DNA of 64,000 nt from Neodothiora populina. Taxonomy: Eukaryota. The DNA lies in NCBI RefSeq assembly GCF_041146345.1, contig NW_027191407.1, positions 124,001-188,000 on the forward strand. The letters run 5' to 3'. A program made the position numbers and the translations under genes. Under the pieces are notes generated by a model, which worked only from the letters and a program-made list of their open reading frames with translations, did no database searches and was not told the DNA's origin. This document shows positions 36,617-46,400 of the stretch, one piece after another (the first letter of the stretch is position 1; every line of letters begins with the position of its first letter).

Positions 36617-37574
36617 ATGTCTCAAGACCTTACCGCTGGCCTTGACGAGTTGCATGGGGTGCAGGCGATCATCGCAAAGTACCAGGTTGACCTCGCTGCT
36701 CCGACGTACAACCTCCTATTGAGACAACGTGGGGAGAAGAGGGTTCAGGAGTGTGAGCTGCAAGTAATCCAGATCATTGCACGACTCGAAGGGGAATTCG
36801 GGAAATCTATCAGGGAATTGGAGACCATCCCGATTGAGTATGACTCTGAGTCTGAGTCGGTGTATGATTCTGAGGATAGTGCTGATGGGAATGTCGATGG
36901 GGATGTCGATGGGGGTGTCGATTTGGGAAATGGCAACCAGGAAGAGGAAGACACCGGGATCTGGGGCGATGACGACTCGACTTTGGCTCTCCATGAGAAT
37001 TGCATGGAAGATGTACTTTTTGGTGAGGGCAACGATGCCGAGGGATTTCAGACCTGGAGTGTCGAGGATTTGGCCTCGGATCTCCGCGAGAGTTGCATGG
37101 AGGAAGCCGCCTCTGTAGCTGGCTGTACCTCCACTGCGCCATCGAGAGATACATGTACAGAGCGTAGAAACATCGAGGCAGTGAGCGACCGCAACACATC
37201 TCCCTCCAAGAGAGTAGACTCAGGATTGGCGTCAGCTACCAGCAGTTGCGGGTCACCGCCAGCTCCCAGGACATTGATGCCGCCGCTGCCTGCATTGCCG
37301 GCTTGGACTCAGACTAACCCTCAGCCGGCCCACAAGTTGCATTTGCCGGGTAGGATTCCACAGACGCAGGTATCACAGGCTCCTGGCCAGAGAAGCCCCA
37401 CGATAGCCCACAAATTGATTCTGCCGGGTAGGCTTCCACCAGAACACTCTCAGGTTCTGCCGATGACCGGCTCTTCAACCCCTCCGCCACCACACCCCTC
37501 TGCGTCTACTGCGCAGCCAAGGACTTCGCCTCCAACCCTGCCTGAGCCGGTCATACCTTCTCTTTCTCCTTCCT

Positions 37575-37605
<31 letters not shown>

Positions 37606-38428
37606 CATTTCCTGGCCGGCAGCAACTACACCCGCGACCGGCACACGTCCAGGTCCGCCGACAAGTCCCAAGCGCAAACGCGGCGAGAAAGGGCTCAGCG
37701 CCGCACAAATTGCTAGGCTACCGGAGAGGAGGAAAATGCGCCAGAGAGCAGTGAACCGAATGCTGGCCAGCCAATCGCATGCATCTCGCGCCACACCAAC
37801 CCGAGTTCACGACCACAGAGCCAACTTCCTCCAGACGGGCGCTACTCGAACAGTTGTATGTGCAGATCGCAGCAGACACATTCTCACAATCCGCCAGCTC
37901 GGGACTTCCAGGTGTTTCGCAGAGGCGTTCAGGAATGGGTGCCTCGTCACTGGTTCTCAGGGTATGGTGTTGTTCGACCTTGAAGATCCAGAGGATGAGA
38001 TCTGTCTCGGGGTTGATGTTGACCCTGTTTTGTTCGGGCTGTGGGCAATGTTCCTCCGCTCAGATTCATATGTTGTCGAGGCAGCATCTGCGCCTGCAAC
38101 AGGGCAACATCAGGCGCAGGCAAGAATCGATGCCTTCAACACTCACATTCGTCTCTTCGCTTTCGCGGAACTTTTCGAATGCAGTGAATTTCAAGGCGCC
38201 ATATGGCACAATGTCGAGGCTCTGTATAGGCAATACGTCAGCAGGCGGGAGGCGTCTGCTGCACAAGAGCCCGGAGATCTGCAAAAGGCGGAACAGTGGA
38301 ATATCGTGGGCGGGTACTACCGTGTTCGGGATTTGGTACCCATCAAGTATAAGACTTACAACTGGGCTATGGAAGCTGGTGCTGCGAAGACGACTGATGA
38401 GATGCATCGCCATTACAGGAAAACCTGA
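36617..38428 (+). CDS. Hypothetical protein: acidic and Pro/Ser-rich regions, NLS-like PKRKR, divergent C-terminal BTB/POZ-like domain
   Basis: 603-codon intronless ORF with ATG in context TTCACCATGT. The C-terminal VVCAD..SRCFAEAF..DVDPVLFGLWAMFLRSDSY..HIRLFAFAELFEC resembles the fungal BTB pattern. Confidence 0.6.
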
Positions 38429-39321
38429 TCAGTACATAGAAATGCCAAATGGACTGTTGCGGGTATCGCTGTTTCACTGTGCATGTACCGATGTGTTGTG
38501 AGATGTTTGAAAGGACGCCTTATCTCATCTGCGTAGAATTCTATATCCACATCATTTCTACTTCTGGCGTATATGCCTATGACCACTCGGACCATCTAGC
38601 TCCAGCCTCTCTCAGCAGAGGACGTCTTAGTGCATACTTCCATCGTGATTGCAGGTTCGTGCAGCTGATGACTCCATCAAAGAAGCTAATGCTCTTGCTT
38701 GCCGCTTCCCAAAGAAGGATATCCTTGGCTTGTGGTATCATAAGATTTCGAATACTAATAAACATGTACATGACACTGCATATACCGAGATCAGAAGCGA
38801 AGCTGTGTTCAAGCCAACCCATCAAGCTTCGCTCCTGCCTCCACATCGCTATTAGCATAGCCAAATGAAACTCTTCCTTACCGATCATGGATGGCACAGT
38901 ATACTGGTCAATGGAATACCCCTAAACATCTGAGCATGGACTTTACCGCTAGTTTGGCCTTCCTCAGTCCAGCCTCGGTGCTCAAACGACGACGCCGAAT
39001 TGTAAAGCCAATTGCAGGAATTCTGGACTCGAAAGCGTATCGTGTGCAACACACTTTTTGAGAACAACATATGCAATTAGCTGCGCACATGCAATTAGCT
39101 GCGAGAATTAGTATAGTATAAGTATGTTGGGAAGTAAGTGTGTAGTAGTCTTCTACCAACTCCATCCACATCATTCTGTTCCATCAAGCATTCAGCATTT
39201 AATTATACCAAATACACATTGCACAAGTCAACTTCAATCTACCAAGTCATACCAAACTCCAATTTCTCAATTCGTACTTTTATCCTCTTCTACAAGGACC
39301 CTTCCTTCTCCCATCAGCATC

Positions 39322-40158
39322 ATGGAAGGATTCGACAATACCCTCGCCAACGTTATGGTCAGCATCGAAGTTCCCAAGGACTGGACTCTCTTCCTGAAGA
39401 GCAAGGACAACAACTTCACCAGAACAAATCTGAGCGCGGCATGCCAGAAGTCCGCCATCATACGCAAGGGCTATCAGGACCCAGACCGCGCGGCCATCAT
39501 GAGTCAAAATCAAGGCATGCTCATCAGAATGGATTTTGGAAACACTGCCCTCAAGGCCGTTGCACGCTTCATCGATACCGGAAAATACAGAGTGCAAACC
39601 GCAGCTGAGGTCAAGGTCGAACACTACAACGCCGCGTTCATTGGCATGGGCCATCATATGACGGTACACACCGCTGCCAAATTCCTGGAGATGCCTGAGC
39701 TTATCGATCTCGCGGCTGATGGCTTTCATGCTTGCTGGGAAGCTGCACCGAAGCATGCCGGTCTACCGAAAAAGAAGGACAAGCGCACCATGAAGGACAG
39801 AGTGCACTACCTGGCAGCCGCGAAGGGTAGGGTTCGCGAGAAGCGGGAGGCGGTGGCGGCACGTCGCGCAGGGAGGAAAGCAGGCATACAAAGCAGTCAA
39901 GGAAAGGAAATGTCATCTTCGCCAGCTTCAGGAGTTGAGATCAAGCAGGAGCCATTGGAATTGCCGAGCTCTGAGATTCTCAGCAAGATCAAGCAGGAGC
40001 CATTGGAATCGACGAGCTCTGAGATCCTCAGCAAGATCAGCCCATCAACCTCTGCTAGTTCTGGGAGACCAGAGCTCTCCATCATGATACCGGTGACAGA
40101 TGCTCAGGTGTTTCGAATCATCAAGGAAGAACCTCGCACATCGCTACTTCTGTACTGA
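39322..40158 (+). CDS. Hypothetical protein with a divergent N-terminal BTB/POZ-like domain, basic region and tandem IKQE repeat
   Basis: 278-codon ORF downstream of a TATA-like GTATAAGTA. KDWTLFL..ACQKSAII..ALKAVARFIDTGKY..HMTVHTAAKFLEMPELIDLAADGF resembles the BTB pattern. Confidence 0.6.
   Translation: MEGFDNTLANVMVSIEVPKDWTLFLKSKDNNFTRTNLSAACQKSAIIRKGYQDPDRAAIMSQNQGMLIRMDFGNTALKAVARFIDTGKYRVQTAAEVKVEHYNAAFIGMGHHMTVHTAAKFLEMPELIDLAADGFHACWEAAPKHAGLPKKKDKRTMKDRVHYLAAAKGRVREKREAVAARRAGRKAGIQSSQGKEMSSSPASGVEIKQEPLELPSSEILSKIKQEPLESTSSEILSKISPSTSASSGRPELSIMIPVTDAQVFRIIKEEPRTSLLLY
39940..40039 (+). repeat. 48-bp coding tandem duplication (IKQEPLELPSSEILSK / IKQEPLESTSSEILSK)
   Basis: Two near-identical 48-nt units at 39940-39987 and 39988-40035, plus the start of a third. 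Confidence 0.9.
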
Positions 40159-41360
40159 ACTTTTCTGCTGGAGTTTCATGATATAACGAATAAGGGCATT
40201 GGCGGAAAGCGTCGCAGGTTATTGCAGCGGGGAGGTTCGAACACAAGAACATTATCTGCCTAGAGGTTTGACATATCGTTCAGGGGGAGACGAGCTGCTG
40301 GGAGTTCTTTTCATTGCATGACATAATCGCATTCATACAATCGCATTGCCATAAATGAAGTAACAAGAATCTTCCAAAACCATACCTGCATATAGCCTTG
40401 TGATTACCTGAGTGACACCCACAGTGACACCGAAAGTGAGGTCAATTTCGAACTCAACTTCAACTTCAACTTGTCACGTAAAGAGAAAATGTGTTTCTGT
40501 CGAACATCAGCAGCAAGGCCCATAAATAGGGTCTCAATGCTTCCTTTTCCACTGAGTCACCGAAAGAACACAATCCACACTTGGAATGTAAGAGTGGCTC
40601 GTGCTCGTGGATAGAAATATCCATATGATATCTCGAAGTGTGCACGAAGGCGGACAAATCATGTCTGGATCCTCGTTATCGTTCCATAGCATCCAACGCC
40701 TCCTCGTCCAGGTCCTACAATATAATCAGCAAGAACAGGAGGATTGTACTCTGCACCACGAGCGTGACGAGGCGCAAAGGTTCAAGGATCATCACCATGT
40801 GTGGTCAATCACGACCAGTCGGATTTAATTAAAGTCCGCGCATATGATTTTAGGCATCAGCGACGCCTGAAAAAACACTCTGCCATTGGTCATGTTTGAG
40901 GGAAGCAAATCATGCGTCGTAGAGGTACTCGACTGTGCTCTGATGCATGACTTGAGACTTGATAGGTATAGGAGAGTATAGTATCTTTGTACAAGATTGA
41001 TGCTCAGGATACTGGAATGGTGCTTGTGTATCTATGCAAGGAAGCTTGGCACGTCTGCACCAATTACGCTATTCCAGATCGTGCGGTCAAGTAATCGCTG
41101 AAAGACGGAGAAACTTTGAAGGTACCCCGAGCATTTGCGGACTCATGGCTGTTCGTCACGAAACACAGGCAAGTAGCATACAAGTGGCAAGCGCAAAGCA
41201 AGGCATTATAGATGAATATTATAATTTTATTTCTGTGGTATCATTAAAAATTTCCCTGTATATGTTGTCTGAAGAAGACGTGACCCTTCAGATCCCCAAA
41301 ACAAGAACCCGCCCATATGTGCAGAAATCATGCTGTATTATTGTATCGTCCTCTATCGAT

Positions 41361-42554
41361 CTAAGCCATCATAGGCTTTCCAATCTCGCTCTCCCAGTTC
41401 TGCGCGCGCTCGAATCCGTTCGAAAACGTCTGGTAGTCCAAGAGAGCCTTGTAGACTTCCTCGGTCGATGTGCAGACGAAAGGACCGTACTGAACGATCT
41501 TCTGATCTAACGGAAGTCCAGCGAGAAGGACGAGCCTGGAAGCATTCTCTGCGTTTTCAGGGACGCGAGCAATGATCTGGTCGCCGCTCTGTTCGAACAC
41601 AGCGATGTGGTAACGTGGGAGGTTCTCCTCATCTGCGCCCTCGCCGTAGATGACGTTGCCTTCGAAATTGTAGCCGAAGGCATTCCATCCCGATGGCAGA
41701 CGTTGGACGATCTTGCCGCCAGGCTGGATTGTGATGTCGAGAAGCCAGATTGGGGTGTATGCGAGCTCTTGAAGACTGTCGACGCCTTCACTTTGTCCGC
41801 TGATCACCTTGATGGTGACCTTGCCGTCTGCGGTCTTGGCAGTGGGGATCTCCTTCGCGCGCACGTCACGGTAGCGAGGCTCGCAGTTCTTGAGACTCTT
41901 TGGAAGGTCGACCCAGAGCTGCATACCAACGTTCGGGCTTCCGTCAGGGTTCGCGCGGGGCATTTCCGAGTGCATGATACCCCTGCCTGCGGTCATAAAT
42001 TGCAGATCTCCATCGTAAAGCGTTCCCTTGTTGCCGGCAAAATCTTCGTGATCAGTGGTACCGTGCATGAGGTAAGTGACGGTTTCCTGGCCGCGATGGG
42101 GATGATCAGGGAAGCCAGCGCCAGGCGATACGGAGAAATGGTCGAGCATCAAAAACTATACAAGAAAGTCAGTATTTTGATCCCAGATGTAAACACAAAA
42201 GGCTAGACTTACCGGTGTAAAGTTCTTGAGCTGGCGAGTACCAATGGATCTACGCACACGAGCACCGGCTCCTTCGGGTGTGTCGACTGCCTCGAAGAAT
42301 TGTTGGATTCCTCTCGTCTTCGGGTCCTTTGCATTGAGAGAAGGATCCTCTGGAGGGATCACAGGAAGACCGGCGAATGTCGATTGAGGTGCGGAAGACA
42401 TTGTTGCGTTGGTTCGGGCTTGTTGTATGTTTGTGGTGTTCGTAGATGTGATTGACAATTTAGGACTAATGTATGGGATGTATGATCGAATTGCTTGTCG
42501 TTGTGCGTATAATATTGCTGCTATGCAAATTAAAATGGAGATTAAGAGTCTCAT
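41361..42554 (-). CDS. Pirin-family bicupin with an N-terminal hydrophobic signal/anchor extension
   Basis: EGAGARVRRSIG, FLMLDHF, GFPDHPHRGQETVTY, QFMTAGRGIMHSEMP, QLWVDLP, VQYGPFV; one intron at ~42157-42212. Confidence 0.9.
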
Positions 42555-43477
42555 GGGCTCGAAGACGCACTTTTATATGCAGAAAGAGAAGGCGACGAGA
42601 AGATTCTTATAGCGGAACGAGCAGAAAACATGATACGACTTAAGTTGAATTACTGGCACAGGACGACTACATGTATACAGGAGGGTTTATAGAGACTTAT
42701 GCTGACCAAAGCTGACCATTTATGCGGGGATGAGGGAAAACAGATCGACGAAATGATGGTTAATTATGATCACGACTCTTTTGGGAGACTTAGCAAAGAA
42801 TGAGATTGTCAGCTAAGTCCATGGTCTGGTGCGGCTCTGCGAAGAAATGATGCTCTCCAAGCCTCGGCAATAATCAAGGGACCAGTAGTCGGACACTAAG
42901 GAAGGTACAGTATTACTGTAAAAAGCGTTGGAGGGGCTGTCGATAGGCAGAAGAATATAGGGCAGTTGGGTGGTTAGCAGATGGACTACTTAATCCCCGA
43001 ACATGACTCTGTTGTGTTCCATTTGTTCTCTATTCCTGCATTCTTCACAAACCGTTCTGATGCCTCAGATAGCGATAGTACTATGGTCCCAAGATGTCGA
43101 AACCAGAGTACATGAGTCCGCTGTAGGATCCGATTTGAGACCAGACTCGAGATGTGGTGGCTGTAGAACGCAAGAGCATAGTATTGAACTATACTCAAGT
43201 AAGCAGGTGAAAAGAAAAGAATGGAAGTGGAGTGAAGATGAAGGAAGAAAACAAAAGGAAAGAACAAAAATCAGGGCCACTCTAAGCTGTAGAGCATCAA
43301 CGCCGGAAGAACAAAATACAATAACTTTCAACCCTCCTAAACTCCCTCCACGAACGCCTGAAAACCACTTTTGCATCCCATCAGACGGCCGATAGTACTC
43401 CTCGCTAAAATGATCCGTACAGTTCGATAAAGAAGGTGAGAAGCAACAACAAATGAGATTACAGGAATCCGACAACC

Positions 43478-46400
43478 TCAAAGCAATCTTGCCCGAACAG
43501 TAGTCTCAGGGGTAGCCCTAGCAATACGAGACGCGAGAGTTTCTGATGCAGCCATCGAAGCTGACTGGATAGCAGGCATAGTCGCCGCTCTTTTGAAGTG
43601 TCCAGTGTCCGTATCGGTGGTATGCTTGTCAGGCCAAAAGTCGAACCAGTAGGGCTTCGTGTTGGTCGGCTCCGCGACAGATTCACTGTAGTCGCCATGT
43701 ATTCCCTTGCAATAATCTGTGGCCCAGCGGGTGCACCTTGCTCTGAGACGCTTCTCGCCCTCGGTGGCATTCTTACGGCCGTAATGGAGAAGGACGTCCT
43801 CAAGACCGTCAACGTCATTGTTCTTCACCGAGACGCAGACTTCGCCGCAGCCCCATGTCAGACACTTGCCCGAAGATGCAGCAGTGAGACACTTGCGGCC
43901 GCGCAGGTTCGACAGGCAGGCTGACCAGATGTTGCAGTCGGAATCGTAGGCGTTCTGAACCGAGCAATGGCGCCTGCCGCCTGAGCTGCAGAGGGATTGA
44001 TTCGATGGGAAGAGATCGAGGAGCGGGTCGTGGTTCCAGTCTGCTGTTGCTCCAGACCATTTGCGCATACCGTTTACTATCCCGCTGTCGGGCATTTTGG
44101 ACATGTAGGGCGAGGGAAGCCAAGTGGGGTCGGGGTATATAAGAGATGTCGAGGACGAAGGGGATCGTTTGTCTTTCCGCTTCAGTCCCACCCTTTTTCC
44201 GGATTCCTGGGCGATGCTGTCTACATCGTCGTTGATATCTCTCCTTCTCACTACTACCGCTCCTGCTGTTGGTGGGAATACAGGCAGAGATTCAGGCACA
44301 GTGATGACATTTGGAACGACAACAGGCGTGGAGTATGTACTGTCGCTTTTGGGTATCATGGAGCCACAAGCCATATACCCCCATCTCAAGCATTTGCCAT
44401 GGCGATCTTCCAACTTACACAACTTGCCACAAATTCCTTTAGGGAAGAGCACGCGCGCCTCGTCGCAGGGGTCGACACCGTAGTGTATACATTTGAATTC
44501 GCCATCGACTTTCTCGACCTTGAAGCACGTCCGTCTGCAAACAGGGTGGTTATAGCTTTCACATACCCCGTAGGTGTTCACTGCGAAACAGAAGTTGACG
44601 GGGACGTTGTCGGTACCAGGGGGTCGGGTGAGGTAGGGTGGGTGTGCTGGAGGGTGGCGTTCTTCGAAGTCGTGCTTTCTGGTCGAAACTGGGGGTATTT
44701 CGTGTCCAGTCCCAGTATGTGCTTCACCTGTAGAAGCTGAGTGAAATCCGAGACCAGTTACAGTGGCTGCGGCGGAATTGAGATTGATGAGCGACTGTGT
44801 GAGGAAATCGTAATTAGTTCCTTCGTCGTCGGGAACGTCACTGGGAGCGACATCAGGACCAGAATTTGAAACATTTAAAGTAGCCTCGGCAGGGCTGAGG
44901 CTTATGAGTGACTGCGTAAGGAAATCATATCCAGTCCCTTTGTCGTCAGCAACATCTCTGACAACATGATCGGCATCAGACCCAGAAAGGAACCCAGTTG
45001 AAGTAGCTTCGGCAGGAGTGAGGCTTATGAGCGACTGCGTGAGGGAATCGTAGCCATGCCCATCATCATCGTCGTCAGCATCAGTACTAGAACTAGTTGA
45101 GGTGGCCTCGGCAGGAGTGAGGCTTATAAGCGACTGCGTGAGGAAATCGTATCCATGCTCATAACCATCACCAGAATCAACATCATTGTCGTATTGGTTG
45201 TCAACCTGGATACTACGGGCTTTATTGTGACCAGAATGTCTTTGGCGCCGGATGTACGGCGTAGTTCCCTCACCGTGTGAAATCACGACACGTCTCTGAC
45301 TGGTTGACAGCCAAGTTGTGAGGAATTGAACTCCGGTTTTAGTGCCCACTTTGTGTGTGCGAGTGGCAACGACAGCTATAAGCACGTCGTACTTGAGCTC
45401 TTTACGAGGATAATCAATATCTTCATTGTCTTGGTTTCCAACATTGTTGTAGCTGCGGGCAGTGATTTGGCCAGAAGGCTCGTGGCGACGGACTAATAGC
45501 GTAGATGACGAACCAGTCGAGGCTGTAAGAACATCGAACCCAAGATCGATGCGTCTCCCATTGGCCCAGGTCTTGGCTGGGAGAATATCGAATCCAGCCT
45601 CAAGACTCCTCTTACTAGTAGAGGTTGAAGCCGAGGTCGCGGACAAGTCGGTCACATTCCGCACCTCTTGCGTCGGACTAGCAGTCGATATTGTAAGGGA
45701 GTCGTGTCCGGTCTTGGTCGTGCCACTGATATCAATACCATATTCATGACTATTGTATCCGTCACGAGCATAGCGGTCGGCACGAGCATTGATCTGTTGT
45801 TGGCTCTTGATATGATCAGATCGGCTGACCTCGTCTATTTGGCGCTTTCTGATGGAGCGGTCGAGACTGAGAAGCACGTATATGTTAGCGCTATGAACTT
45901 TATCAAGAGACAGGCACCTAGTGCTTGAGAAAGAGGAGAGTTTTCTTATGGATGGAATGTCATCTCTCCTTCTTGGCCAAGGGAAATGCGATGATAAGCC
46001 CCGAATGAACGTAAGTTGATGGTCTGAGCTATCTAGTAAAGGAATGACACGGTCTATGAAAATATGTGCTTAATGAACGTGAGGGACGACTACGAAGGTC
46101 ACCTTTGGCGATGGGCGATACTATGAGTGTCTCGAAGGAGGCTAAATTGGAGTATAGGGTAAAAAGGGGAATAGGTGGCAACGGAGGAAAGTCAGACTCA
46201 TGGAGACTTGTGACCTGTAACTTACTCCGCTTGAGACAGGTTGCGCATCTCCGTCGAATTCGCCGGTGGCGGTGGAGGGGTCCCGACATCAATCGAGTCT
46301 TTAGAGACCCTCGCGCATTTGCAGTCCACGACATAGCCAGCAGCATTCTGGGTGCAAAGCCAGTGCTTATGCTTGGGGCAAGGCTTTACTTGGCTTGCCG

